64,000 nt of DNA from Macrostomum lignano (Eukaryota): positions 35,218 through 99,217 of the forward strand of contig NIVC01000332.1 in the NCBI GenBank assembly GCA_002269645.1. Reading direction: 5' to 3'. Position numbers and translations under genes: made by a program. The notes under the pieces are model-generated. The model did not search any database. It was not told the DNA's origin and saw nothing but the letters and a program-made list of their open reading frames with translations. Position 1 is the first letter of the stretch. Each line of letters starts with the position of its first letter. Shown here piece after piece: positions 1 through 16,300 of this stretch.

Positions 1-524
1 ATGGGAATAACTATAGGAAATAGATTATGATAAGCCATGTGCCCATCAGCTCACAGCTCAAACAGGGTAGGGGGGGGGGGGTAAGGTGCCCCCTGCAGAG
101 ACGGGGTCGAAGAGGAGAGCTCTGTCCGGTGTCGCGTTACAACCCAAGCCGATGAAGGATCGGGCTAAAGGGGGGGGGAGAGAAGCCCCAGATGCTGGAT
201 GAATCGCGACAGACAGTAGCGCCTTACTCTGATTCTCTAAAAAGTAGGAAGGTAGGAAGGAAGCCCATAGCAGAGTGGAACACTTCCGTCATAGCTTAGA
301 AATTGTTACACTGCTTATTAAGTCAGAGTTTTCAATAATGCTACAATTTGTCGGGATCCTTGTGCAGGTAAATACTCTCTACTGACTATAGGTAGGCCGC
401 CTGCTTTCTTGCTTGAATATTTACTGAAGGCATCTCTTTCATCAGTTTGGCACTGATGATTAAAACTGCAGCCAAACACTTTTCATTGTATTTTTCTCCG
501 AGCAGCTGAATAAAAGCATGAATG

Positions 525-830
525 AGGACAACAGAGATTAGACAGAGATGAGAAAAAAGACATCAGAGATTAGACAGATGAGAGGAGAGATAGCGCAGAT
601 TAGACAGAGATGAGAGAAATAAGAGGTTAGACCGAGATAAATATGAGAAGAGAGATAGCAAATATTAGACAGAGATGAGTGAAGAGATAGCAGAGATTAG
701 ATAGAGATGAGAAGAGAGACATCAGAGATTAGACAGAGATGAGAAGAGACATCAGAGATTACACTAAGATGAGAGTGAGACAGCAAAGATTAGACAGATA
801 AGAGACTGAGAACAGACAGAGAAGAGAGTT
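525..830. repeat. Degenerate GA-rich tandem repeat (GAGATTAGACAGAGATGAG core)
   Basis: Core recurs about 9 times. Confidence 0.75.
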
Positions 831-1864
831 GATAAGTTATATACAAAAATGATATTGATGACTAAACAGAGAGATTCTTAGTCAGTAGTCTACGAGCGAG
901 CGCACCGAAGCGCATTAATATGAGAATTACTTTGAAGCCTTCAGCCAGCAGCTCTCTACCGACACTTCCTCTCCCCTCTGGGGCCTCACACCCGAGGCTC
1001 GGGCAAGAGACTAGGGACTTAAGGAGACCGCTCAAATACCAAGCGGCTACCCTGCGGGGGGAACTGTTACCGAAACAAATAGTAAATAAAAAACTCGAGA
1101 CGGAGTTAAGAAATGATTATATATAGAAGAGTCCAAAGAGGCAAGAAATTAGGAGAGAGAAAAGCAGGCGACGCAGCTGGTGACGTAATCTCCCTTTGGT
1201 CTTTGCGGTCGGTTTTTGCCTGGAGGATTACGGCGCAGAGGGGGATAAGAGAAAGGCATCGGACCCGAAATGAAGTGGGAGGAGCGAAGCGGAGAGTAGA
1301 AAGAGAGCGAGAGTTAGGTAAGAAAATCCCTCTCTGGTGGGCTCTTTTCTTTTCCTCATTCTCTTTCATTTTATTCTACGGTAGACAGCCATAGGACTCG
1401 CGCTCGCGGGGGGGGGTGCCCCAGGTGAGTCCACTTTGTGTCTTCGCGCGGCCAAGGCTCGGACTAAGCTTTCACCGGCTTGACTTGAGGAACAGAGCGT
1501 AGACCAGAGCAAACACAATCGAGAATCGGGGGGGGGGGCGGACAAGAGCAAAGGGAAGAAGAAAGAGAGACGGGGTACTAATTAATTGAAGGAGCACGGA
1601 CCGACGGTACTGCTATGGGGCGGCAGGTCGGCTCAGCTGGAGAAATTTATATATTCATTGCGCTTGGGAAGAATTTATGGCAATATGGCTTGGGGGACAT
1701 CCCAGCGATGAAGCATTACAGCATAGATGAGAGAAGGGAGAGCGAGAAGCAACAGTAGAAGCAAGATATACATAGAAATAGCTAGCAACATAGAGGGGGA
1801 GAGGGAGAAGAGAGAGTGGAATAGGTAGAGAGAGGGAGAGGGAGAGAGATAGACAGACAAAAAG

Positions 1865-2742
<878 letters not shown>

Positions 2743-4444
2743 TGACTATCCATAGACAGCACCCAAAGAATGACTCAAATTTCGTGAATATAAAATATGC
2801 AATTCCATCGCATCGCTTGAGTCTGGCAATCTGACTGGGACTGGGGGAGGCCACAGGAGGTAAGCTAAGAAATAAGAGAGCGAATATGCAATCTGCTCCA
2901 AAGAGTGAAACTCGAGACAGCTGTCGCCTTCCCTCGATCCCCTTTCGTTCATCGTCCCGGCATAGCAGCGTCGCGTTCGCACGCCGGAGAAAACCGCCCC
3001 CACCCCACCCGAATCGATCGATATGGGCCAGCAGCATGGCAGCAATAAATCAGCGACTCTGTCCCCCCTCACTTCACTGCCTATAAATCCTTGGGCGGCA
3101 TTCGGGGGGATTCTCGCATTCTTTGGAGTTGCAAATTTTTTTATAACTCCGCTCCAGGCTTTCGGTCCAGTATATCCAGCTTCCCGCACTGCATCCTGGG
3201 CGTGCCAATTAGTCACACCTCACCGATTCCTACAGTCCTAAAGCTCACTATAGTATAAGCAACTCTTCATCTTCAACTTCTCCCGCTAGCCAATATCATA
3301 TAGCTAATCATTATATTAATAATAATGATTATTCTGCTGGCAGGCGAAGGAAAAGAGGATTATGTGGATTTGGGGAGGCGGGTGGGGTCAGAGGTCAGCC
3401 AGGAAACTGTCGTCTATCTCTCTAAGAAGTCGGCCCCGTCAATTGCTGGTACTAAGGTCTCTCTCTCAACCTCCCTCTCGCCCTTCCCTGCGAGCAGCCT
3501 CTTCCCACTGTCTCTCCATCTCCGGCCCCTGGCTGTGGAAGAGTGACCCAGCTAATCAATTATTATTGTCGGGGCCGGAGCTGAAAGGGTCACGGCGGGC
3601 AAGTCGTCTCAACCGTCAAAAGGTGGCCGACTGCACGCACAATTAACCTAGTATATTAGCTACTATACTTACCATCAAGCTAAATATAAAAATATAAATA
3701 TAAATATAAATATAAAAGCAACACACAAAATTTTCATACTCCTTTTCATAATCATCTATTCTGTTTTTTTTTGGCAAATTCCACTCACTTCCATCCCGGA
3801 ATCAATCACGTCAAAGGGTGAAGAGAGGGCTGAGAAATGCCGCGATAAAAAACTCCCAACTTGTCTATCTATCCGCGCAGGCCCCCATCCCTAGAACTCA
3901 CTCTAACAGAAGCCTACTGAAAAAAGCAGAAGACGGATGTTCGCCCACTGATAGGCCTTATCGCAGAGGCAATAATGATTCGGCCCCCGCCCAAGTCTCG
4001 AAATTCCCTTGCAGAAGAGAAAAATTGGAGACAGAAAAGGACCAAGCCGGCCGCTGCACGCAGATAAAGCTACTTGGCTGGCGCATAACAAATAGAAACG
4101 AAAGAAGAAGACGAAGGAAAGAAGCAAAATTCATCGAGGCTATACCAGAAACTTGGCACCTGGCAACTAAACAAAAAAAGCTGAACTGGCGAACTGAAGA
4201 CTAAATCCGATGCTGTCCCCAGCATCCAATGCTGGCTGCCAGGATAACACCTTTAGTCCAGACGGAAAATAATACACTCCTAACCAATCTCTCTGGCCAT
4301 GGTGTCGCCTTACCATCGACTAACCAACTAATTGCATACCGTGACCACATTTGACCTCATATCTGTGATTTGCAAACTTTTACATTCGGCATAAAGTGCA
4401 GTGCATTACAAATGGCAGCATTTTAACGATCTATTGGGCAACCA

Positions 4445-4650
4445 AATAAGACCTAATAAGGGCGCCACAATGGACCTAATAAGGGCGCCACAATGGACCT
4501 AATAAGGGCACCACAATGGACCTAATAATGGCACCACAAAATACATATTAAGGGTACCACAATATATCTAATAAGAGAGCCACAATAGACCTATTAGAGA
4601 CGCCACAATAGAACTAATAGGGCGCCACAATAGAACTAATAGGGCGCCAC
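4445..4650. repeat. ~23-bp minisatellite TAATAAGGGCGCCACAATGGACC
   Basis: About 9 imperfect copies. Confidence 0.85.
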
Positions 4651-5597
4651 AAAATTGAAAAATGGGACATTAACTTTTCAAAGGAGCAGCCTACGTTTGA
4701 AAAAAATGCTATAATATTTTTCTAGTAACAAGCAAGCAATCAAGCAGAAAACCATTGCGCCAGCAGATTAATGACGCGTTGAATACATTAAACTAGGATA
4801 TTTTAAGCAGTTGTATTGTGCACTGAAATATGGAGAAAGAAAAATCATGATTCCATATTGCAGATGACTATCTTGACCGCCTGCACATGAGGATAAATGA
4901 TAGCAAATAGACCAGAACAGACTAACAAGAAGAAAGTTTCCGCCAAAGCTAGCCGCAAGTCGTGCCCAACAAACCGATACCCTGGTGCGAATATGGCATA
5001 GGGGACGGCCTTGCGCACTTGTATACACACTCTCTCTGGCTAAACTGTATCAAGTCAAGGCAAGACAAGAAAAAGAAATTATCCATATGAATAAATTTCT
5101 CTGCACTGACCTGCAGCGCTTTGAAATGGTTGGACAAAATGCAACAATTCAAGGTTTCTTGGTAGCCCCCACCTCCCTAGAATCCCTTAACCAGAAGTCA
5201 ACGATATCAGACAATATTATTCTATTTCTTAGTTATTTTCTGTAAAAAAAAATCAATCAATAAAAATTGAATATTCGCAGAAGCGAAAGCTTGATAAATT
5301 TGCGGCCGATTATTGATTGATTGTGCTGATAAAAAATCACAGATGATCCGAATCTACAAATATGGTACTTACAAGGCCCTCGACTGTTGTAGTCTGTCGC
5401 AGTTAGACAGGAATTCAATTAGAAAAAATACAATACATAATGCATTTTGCAGTATTTGGCAAAGCAATACGGATCTAGGCACAGTTAGACATGCAGATTC
5501 ATGCGGGATAGAGAGGGCGGCAGTGCTTTTCGCTTTTTCAATACTAAATTTTACCATCAGAAATTGGCTGAAGCGAAGAGGCAGAGATTGACATATT

Positions 5598-6294
<697 letters not shown>

Positions 6295-7977
6295 ATGGCA
6301 GGAGGAGCTGGGCCAATGGGTATAAGCTACGATACTATGCAAGTGTTGCGTCACCAGTGGCAGAGTTGGGATCAGGAATGCTCCAATCAAATTGCAAATT
6401 ACCATGACAAAGGGTGGGTGTAAAAATGCAAAATCTACTATAGAGTAATTCACCAAAATGCAGCAGCCATTTCGCTAAACATTAACTAAGGCAAGCGTAT
6501 CAATGGCAAAGGTAGGTCTAAACAGGTTTTGAAGAATTGGGCTCGCTGAAGGGTAATAAAATTCAATTTTTGTTAATGCTTATAAAAAAATGAAGAAAAA
6601 GTCGAATAAATGAAATAAAAAAATAAAACTTGTCCACAAAAAATGAAATTCTACAATAGGGTTGTTTTCGACATCACAGAAAAATGCCGACAGACAGCAG
6701 TTGAGCTCCATAGCAACACCTGCTAAACACAATTCTTTATAAACACATACGTGAGTGCTCTCGAGAAACCGGTGTAAAAATGAATAAGAGACAGAAGAAG
6801 CTCAATGCAATAGATGCAGGCTAAAGAGTGATAGACTAGAGAGTGGATACAACAACCGCAAAGAAATGCTCAAAATGAAAAGCATAGCAGCACCAGACAG
6901 AGATGTGTTTCAAAGATGTGGGTTCGGTTTTTGTGTCTAGTAAAATATAAATAGAGGGCAAAATTATCGATGGGGACGGCCTACCAAAATTCGGCGTTGC
7001 ATTTCTCGACGGCGCTGCGAAAATTAAACAAAAATTGATGATAAAGTAATAAAACAATTAGCTAGTATTGTAAATATTAATGCAACGATGCTAAATATGA
7101 AGATGCCGCGCTAAGCGTTCGAACTGAGGGGTTTGGCAGCCAGAGCGCATGCGATTTTTTTGTTTAAAACAGATCTCCTTTTAAAATGCAAAACGTAATG
7201 ACAAGCATTAATAATAAAAATTTCATGCTATACTATTCATGCGTCAATTTATGAGTTGTTTGCAAAGACTCTTTCGCGATTCTTGCCAAAGTAACATTTT
7301 CAACGGGTTTCTTCAATCAATGTCAAGTTGGTTTCTATTCTACCAACATAGAGTAAAAAAATGCGCTTATCATTGTAAAGAAACAGACGAGCCGCCTACG
7401 CAAATACAGAGATAATACTAATAAACTATATTATATAAGCTGCTACTATTGCACACAGACTAAGCTATTGCCAGAGAAGAGATTAGCTGATAGGTTTTAA
7501 GACGCGCACACACACACAAACGCAAAAAAACTGCACACAACGTCAGAGCCAAGCCGCAGGTCAAATAGTGCCCCGCACCGGTGAATAACAAACGCACACA
7601 CGCACACAGATTAGCAGTTTGAATATAGAGAAAGGCATACAATATTTACCAATACATACATACATATACACATATATTTGAACAAAAGCGGACAACTCAA
7701 AAGGCTGCTGCTTGCTGCTTTTATAGTTCAGCTAGAGCAGTGTTTACCAAGTAAGAGTGTCCAAGGAGTCGCTGTTGTCAGTGATGTTAAGCCTCTCTCT
7801 TGTGTGGCCTAAGCTTAGCTAAACTATTATTACATAGCATCGGAGCGGATATACTTACCTAATAGACAGAGTGATAGAGAGAGAGAGAGCCAAAATAATG
7901 CGGACAACACACACAGAGACACAGGTAGGTTTAAGCATGTACTATACAGGAAACAGTAAAACAATTATAGCGCTCAC

Positions 7978-8515
7978 CAGTTTGAAAATCCAACGAAAAC
8001 ATTTCGCCAACATTGCCGCTCTCAATAGTATAGATTAGCGTGGCAGAGCCGGGCGCCTCGGCTTGCACAGTGAAAATCTCAGAGTTGGGCCGGAGCGACT
8101 CGCTAACTGACACGGTGACTGAGCCGTTGGGAAACACAGGGGTGTTATTAGCTACCACCTGGACTGTGGCCGCCACCGTGCTGAACTGTTGAATTGGCGA
8201 TCCAGCATCGATAGCCCGAAGTTCCAATGTGAACACGGCCGGCTGTTCAATAATCTTCCTGGTGTACACCTGGCCGCCTGTGGCGTTAATCCAGAATTCC
8301 GAATGATGATTGCGCAACTCGTATCGCACTAATCCGTTGGCGCCCGAATCGGCGTCGATAGCGCGCGCGATTAGCGCCACGCTGCCAAGTGGCTGACCAG
8401 CGAACATGATAGTGTTGTAGGGCCGGTTCACAAACACTGGCCGATTGTCGTTCGTGTCGTCTACCTGCACTGTCACCTGGGCGAAACCCAGCTTGGACTC
8501 CGCTGTGGCGCGAAC
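7978..8515 (-). CDS. FAT1: Fat-like cadherin coding exon 10 (next exon not found inside the window)
   Basis: ccccag|GTT; VRATAESK...DDTNDNRP...AIDADSG...FSLDFQTG|GTGAG; 538 nt, phase 0-1. Confidence 0.92.
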
Positions 8516-11500
8516 CTGGGGGACGGGGTTGGTGTGGGGTGACAGGGGATAATTGATTGTAAATGGGGAATAATTGCCTGTATAACTAGGGGATGAGTGC
8601 CTGTAACAGGGGATAATTGAATGTACCTGGGGATTATTCCTGTAACTGTGGATAATTGCCTGTAACTGGGGATAATTGACTGTAACTAGGGGATAATTGC
8701 CTGTAACAGGGAATAATTGCCTGTAACTAGGGAATAATTGACTGTAACTAGGGGACAATTGCCTGTAACAGGGAATAATTGCCTGTAACTAGGGAATAAT
8801 TGACTGTAACTAGGGGACAATTGCCTGTAACTGGGGATAATTAACTGTAACTGTGGATAATTGCCTGTAACTGGGGATAATCGACTGTAACAGGGATTGT
8901 ACTGGTCTGTCTGTCTGTGACAGGGGATAACTGCAGGGGATAACCGAGTTTTTTCCTATAAATTAGTACTTAACACCGGTCATTCTGCAACGCTGACCAG
9001 CCTGTAACCTGGAGGTCCATGATCTATCTCTTATATTTGACAGTGAACTGTAAATGAAGCATCCCTTCCCAAGCACAGACTCTCACCAGCAGAACGTGCC
9101 GCCTAGCCTGCTCCGCGTCCATAGGTCGGCCAGTCGTGGCCAGGACGCCAGTAATAGAGTTAACGCTGAAATACTCGCTAGGTGAGATCAGGCTGAATCT
9201 GTACGGATAGTTCAGCGGAGCCGGGTAGGGCCGGAATTTGGCCAAGGTGGTCACCTCGGCCGAGTTCTCTTGGACGTGGACAGTCAGATTAGCTGGCAGC
9301 AGTTGGAGATTGGCGGTGCGCTGCCTGCAGACATTCGAGGAATTAGAGGACAAATTAAGAATTAAGCTTAATGGGTACGAAATGGCTATTCGTTACAAAA
9401 AATTTAACTAGGACTCTTACAGCTCGATACTTTTAAGGTTAAGGGACGATTCTTAACGCGGGTTAGCGGCGATTTTCAGGGTGTTTTAGGAGCAATTCTC
9501 AAAGGGCGGTTGAGGGCCAGTTTAGGGGCGATTCTCTAAAGGCGGTTTAGGGGCGGTTTAGAGGCGATTCGTAAGGGGCGGTTTGGGGGGCGGTTTGGAG
9601 GCGATTCGTAAGGGGCGGTTTAGGGGCGGTTTGGGGGGCGGTTTGGAGGCGATTCGTAAGGGGCGGTTTGGGGGCGGTTTGGGGGCGGTTTGGGGGCAAT
9701 TCGTAGGGGGCGATTCTGCAAGGCCGGTTTAGGGGCGATTCTGCAAGGCCGGTTTAAAGGCGATTATCTAAGGGCGATTTAGGGCGGTTTGGGGGGCGAT
9801 TCGTAAGGGGCGGCTTATGAGCGGTTTAGGGGCGATTCTCCAAGGACTGTTTAAAGGCGATTTCCAGGGTGCTAAGTGAACTTCGACGGTCTAAAACATG
9901 GCACACTCCAAAGCTTCACAGCTTATTTTATTTTTGGCGTCCCTAAACATAAGGATACATATTCATAATAACACACATCGAGAATATCAAGAACTATATT
10001 ATAGCACACTAAGAACAGTGCACCGAAAATGAACGGAAACCAGGGGGCAGAGGAAAAATTAAAGCAACACACACCCACTGCCGACAGGCTTTATCTATCG
10101 AGCATGAAAATCTTCAGTCAGCTCCATATTTATCTAACATAGAGAGTAGATAAAGCGGCTTACAGACTGAGCAAGTCAAATGTTGAGTTAGATAGGAGCA
10201 GGGAAAGACGGTGTGAGGCACCAGACAGGCTCGAACACCGACAGAGACAGGTATAGCCAGTAACAAAAATATGAAATCAAGCTGCATAACAGCTTGGAAA
10301 CGGCAGAGGTGAACACAGAGTCACTTAAAGAGAACTGTCTATTTCTATAATATAGCAGCGCTTATCAGTTATTTGCGAAATTGTATCACAAACTACAAGC
10401 TTGTTGTTTGTTCATTCTGTCTGTCTGTCTGTAATTTTTTTCTTAACAAGCGGGACCGACGCGGAATGTTATATGCAGGCTTTGATGTTTTTTATCTTAA
10501 TAGTTTATAAAATATTGATAAAAATTGCACTGCTTATAGATAACACTGTGCACTTGGTCATAGCTTAGACTTTGCTGTGTCTTCAAGTGTGCCATGCTAC
10601 GACATCCCTAATTTAGACCCCGGATGACTAATGGCGCTGCCAGATGGCACTGGCGCTGGCACTGCCAAATGGCACTGAAACTGGCACTGACACAAAACAT
10701 TTTACATATCATAGTGGTTAGAAAATAGAAAATAATATAACAAAACTTACCTGGCATTGATAGAAATATTAGTCAAAGACACGTGCACGGAATCCGTAGC
10801 GCTAATAACTAGGAAATAATAGTGCTCCCGAAGCAGTTCCGGCCTGGCCAGGGTGAGCAGTCCACTAACCGGATGCAATTGAAACAGGCCATCGGCATTG
10901 CCGCTAACTATGCTCAAACTGACGCTATTATTTAAATCGCGGTCGTAGGCTCGAATCCTGGCCAGCCTGGCGCCGTCGTAGCTGGGCAACTCCAGCACAG
11001 TGTAGTAGTCCGCCCGGCTGTACTGCGGCGGACAATCGTTAACGTCTAGAATGCGGATTCGAACCCGGGCCGGCTTGGCCGAGCGCAGCCGTTTCGGCGT
11101 GCCGCTGTCGCGCACCCAGACGTCGAATTCGTACAGGTCGCGAGTTTCGCGGTCCAACGGTTGGCTGACGCGAATGGCGCCGGTCACAGGGTCGACGGAG
11201 AAGGCGGCGTCGGCGGCCGGGTCAGCGATCTCGTAGGTGAGCTCCTGGGATGGGTGGCGGAGAGCTCTGTGATCGCGATTCTACCGATATGATTGATAAC
11301 TAACTAAATCCACACAAAACTGCAGTTGGTCACGTGAATCCATCTAGCCATCCTTCGATCGGTCACGTGACTACATCTAACAACCCTTAAATCGGTCACG
11401 TGACTTCATCTAGCAACCTTCAATCGGTCACGTGACTTCATATGGCACCCTTAAATCGGTCACGTGACTACATCTAACAACCCTTAAATCGGTCAGGTGA

Positions 11501-13270
11501 CTCCATCTAGCAACCCTTCAATCGGTCACGTGACTCCATCTAGCAACCCTTCAATCGGTCACGTGACTCCATCTAGCAACCCTTCAATCGGTCACGTGAC
11601 TCCATCTAGCAACCTTCAATCGGTCAGGTGACTCCATCTAGCAACCTTCAATCGGTCACGTGACTCCATCTAGCAACCCTTCTATCGGCCATGTGACTCC
11701 ATCTAGCAACCCTTCTATCGGCCATGTGACTCCATCTAGCAACCCTTCTATCGGTCACGGGACTCCAGTCAGTTAGTCGAACTTCAGTCGGTCACGTGAC
11801 TACAGCTAGCGGCCATAAAGTTTACTCTCGTTACCTGATTCACGCCAAAGTCGGCATCCGCAGCCTTGATGGTCAGCGGCCGCGGTCGGCCAGCTTCGCG
11901 AACAATCTGGCCACGCTGCGCATCCTCGGACACTACGCCGTCGGACAGTCTATCGGACAGGAACGCCGGCCGATTGTCATTAACGTCCAGCACATTGACG
12001 AGAACCTCGGTGAGCACGGCTAGGCGGGTGTCCACCGCCTGCACTTGAACGCCTAGACGGAAGAAATCGCCGTGAGTCTCTCGATCGACGGGATTTTTAA
12101 CGATAAGCACCCCGGTGGATGGCGCGATGTCGAACAGGCCCAGCTCGTTGCCGCTAGTAATGGAATACACAAGCGGCATGTCGTTAGCTTTGGCGTCAAC
12201 TTTAATAACGAAACTGCCCGGCGGTGCCTCTTCCACAATCTTGACGTTGTAGTGGTGCTGGCCGAACACCACGGGCCTGTTGGGCTCGTGGTTGATGATG
12301 CGAATGCTCACTAAGCACAGGCTGGCCTTGGGCGGCGAGCCCAGATCGCTGACGGCCAGACTCAGGCTCAGGTTGTGACCGGCAAAGTCTACGAGCAGCT
12401 TTCCGGTGCTCAGCTGTCCGGTCTCAGAGTCTAGGTCGAACAGGCCCAGATCATTGCCTGTTGTGGGATTCGTTTGCGATTTGTTGAATTCATACTCCAG
12501 TAGTAATGAGATAAAATCAGATAATGCAAATTTTACCGTCCAACATACAGCCTGCTTACTGGTCTTTCTGTGTGCCTGCCTTTATATTTGTCTGTCTACT
12601 TGTCCAATTTTCTACCTGCGGCTTGCACACTTATTTGTTAGTTATTTGCTTGTCTACTTGTGCAGACACTTGTCTGTCTTTCCTTCCGCCTGTCTGTCTG
12701 TCTGCATTAGTGTCTTAGTGTCTGTCTGTAGTAGTGTCTTAGTGTCTGTCTGTATTAGTGTCTTAGTGTCTGTCTGTATTAGTGTCTTAGTGTCTGTCTG
12801 TATTAGTGTCTTAGTGTCTGTCTGTATTAGTGTCTTAGTGTCTGTCTGTATTAGTGTCTTAGTGTCTGTCTGCATTAGTGTCTTAGTGTCTGTCTGTATT
12901 AGTGTCTTAGTGTCTGTCTGTATTAGTGTCTTAGTGTCTGTCTGTATTAGTGTCTTAGTGTCTGTCTGCATTAGTGTCTTAGTGTCTGTCTGTATTAGTG
13001 TCTTAGTGTCTGTCTGTATTAGTGTCTTAGTGTCTGTCTGCATTAGTGTCTTAGTGTCTGTCTGTATTAGTGTCTTAGTGTCTGTCTGTATTAGTGTCTT
13101 AGTGTCTGTCTGTATTAGTGTCTTAGTGTCTGTCTGTATTAGTGTCTTAGTGTCTGTCTGTATTAGTGTCTTAGTGTCTGTCTGTATTAGTGTCTTAGTG
13201 TCTGTCTGTATTAGTGTCATAGTGTCTGTCTGCATTAGTGTCTTAGTGTCTGTCTGTATTAGTGTCTTAG

Positions 13271-13307
<37 letters not shown>

Positions 13308-16300
13308 GCTGCAACCGCAATCAAATTAACCGGTTAAATTATCAGCAAAGCGATTCCTTTCATTTCAAGCGCCGAAAGCGAAGCATTTTCCACTTTCCAA
13401 TATTTACAATTCCCCAAGGGAGACACAGGAATCAGCCCCGTTGCCATCTCCGCTACCCACAATCCTTTTAAAAAGCAGAATTGCGCTGTGTTACGTCATC
13501 AGGATTTTTATCGCTTCAGCTGGCCGAAGCGCCCCTCCCACCCCCAGTCGGCCGGCTTCTCAGCTGCGCGAATTTTTCCCCTCAAAACCCTTTTTTCTAT
13601 TCCGCGATTTCAATCCCCAACCCACCAGGAATTCCCCCCCAGAGACGACGACTTCGATAATTGGAAATTTTCAACTTGGCTCTAAGCTGGGGGAGTTTAA
13701 TAATTTAGAATAGGGAAACTTTGATATTCAGATTCTTTAAACTAGAAGAAGTATCGCTACGAGTGACAGATAGGCGCCTCGGTGTCTTGTCAGATTAGTA
13801 CAAGAAGAGTGCGACAGCTCAGGCGCTAGAGACAGGCTCCAGCTCAAGGATCGATTTTCTTAATTAGCGATTAAGCAATGCCATCCTAGATTTGTCAAAT
13901 TGGAACAGTACAAGCAAGGTCTGCTTAAAAGAGAGCAGGGAAAAACGGCAGAAAGAAAGCAGCGCTCATAAACATTCAGAATAGATAGGGGATAACACTG
14001 CACCAGCGGGGAAGGATTAGTAATAAGTCTCTGAGGGGAACAGGAGAGGGGATAAAAACAAAGATAATCTCAGATGCCCGAGGAAAGCCGCTGTGTTGTG
14101 TGCATGAGTATGATGGTGTGCGCGGCCCGTCTTTGGAGCAGCAAAACAGAATCAATTAAAAAGCTGCCTGAGGCGGCAGCGGCAGCAGCAGCAGTATTCA
14201 GTCAGCTATTTTGGAACGAAGAAAGAAAAAACACAGTGGGAATTCCAGGCATCTGCGGCGTCTATCTGTTGTGCGCGCACTTTATCGACGAGCAAAACCG
14301 CTGATTGATTAGGGAGGGATTTATTTCAAGCCTTCCTCCTTTCCAACCCAACTGCATACAATACAGCCATGGTGTGCAGAATGCAGAATTAAACAAGCTA
14401 AAGAGAGAGAGAGATAGATGAGAACGTTTAATAAGAGGATTAACTGAGGTCACGAGGCCGGATATGCTCATAAATGTTCGATATTGAATTTGACCCGAGA
14501 TTTCAACTCTGTGTTCTTTTGCCGCTTATTATGAAATTAGGCAGCAATTAATCGCGTCAATCAACTGGCTAGTCAATTTATTTACCCATAATTATCGAAG
14601 CAACTACCCAATGCAATTGCGTAGAAATATAGCTAGCAGTCAATATTAGCTGAGATGCAGCAGTGAATGCCGGGAAATGCAGTTTCTTCATTGCCAGAAA
14701 ACGGCACATTCCATCCGGGATCTCTCCTCTCATTATTAAGTGGATGAAAAAAGCAGAACTAGGGTCTCGCATAGAGGCAGAGGCGTAGTGCATTTTTTAA
14801 CTCTTTTGCTTCATCAGGTGCCGCAGCAAAATGACTGTTACGTAATAATGTAGCCAAACCAGCAGAAAGGTTGGAAATGACACACATTTTTATGCAGGCA
14901 TTAGTGGAAGCTGCGCAAAGGAAAAACTAGGAATTAGATCCAGGCTTTTAGGAAGCTAGACTAGAAAAGAGAGATAAGAAGCTATTTTTCTACGTACTAT
15001 GGGGGCATGCAGCCAGGGCGACAAGGTAGTTGAGAATTTTCACCTTGAAAAAAATCAAACTACCCTTCCCGCAATCCACTTTCTCTGACTCCATCTGCCT
15101 CTCGCCCGGCCCCAGCCTCCCCCCCCCTCATCCAGTTTTATTGGCTTCATCGCGTGCTACCCTTGCGCGACGGGTTTTTGCGCAAATGGATCGAGATGGC
15201 GGCCAGATTAATTGAATAGCTAGTAGTGTTAGCAGTAGTGAGAAAAGGGTTAAAAAGCGACCACTGAGGATGCTTTTTTGCTGGGGGGGTGGGGGTTTAT
15301 AAATTGCGAACAAGAGGGCAATGCAATACAGTCTGGTCTCTTCAAGGTCACTGCATGCGCTGAATGGGAGTCTAGCCACCAGCTCCAGGTGTGAAAACGC
15401 AAAATTGAAACCTATTATTTACAACTGGACACAGAGGACACAAAGGATACGCTCGTATGTAGGCACTGTACAATGCACATGTGATGTGATCGCGCATACA
15501 CGAGTAACCACTACTCTGCCCCCCCCAACCCACGAAACCCCAACCTCTCGAAACTATAGGTATCAATCAGATGAAGAGCGAACGCATCTGCCATATATCT
15601 GTACCCCGCATTGATTAAATGATTTTCGGGTCAACTCAGCGCCTAAACTACTATAGGCATGGAGATGATATAGTCTCTGCCAAACTCTGCTGAATACTGA
15701 ATATGTGAAATGAGATTGACAGCAGCCATATTCTGGAGCTGCTGCGCAAAGCGTGCTAAAAATGATATGAAGAGAGACAGGGCGAGAGACAGACAGACAG
15801 AGGCATCAGTATCCACTCAGCGGGAAAACATGCCCTGCAGACGCGTATATTAGCCATCCATTATTACGTAATCTGAGGTTAACCCCGGTCCAGACCGCCA
15901 GCTAAACACTCGCTCTATAAAAAATGTCGCCTCGAGTCATCGACCTCCACCATTCACCCGTTTTTTTACTTCTGTATTGCTCCTACCCCTAATTCACAGC
16001 ATTGGGTAGGTATTGGAGATTATGATAGGATACTCGTTGACTTGCCGATATGTATCGTAAATAACTTTTCATCAAAACAATTCCTAAGCGCCAAGGAAGC
16101 CAAGTAAAACCCGGGTTTCCTGCACTATATAGTTTAGCCAAGTGAAGTATTTCTGTTCGCAAAAAAAAAAAACACACGCCACTCAACTAAGGTTACAAAA
16201 AACTTAAGACATTGAGGGAGCCAGACCTGTTTAGGTGAGACAGCCAGCGCTTCAATCAAATATTATTGACTCGGAAACACTTGCTAAAGCCCCCTTTCAC

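Noticed and set aside
12406-13329. 307-aa and 193-aa repetitive ORFs
   Set aside because: 24-bp stop-free minisatellite; antisense or intronic to Fat
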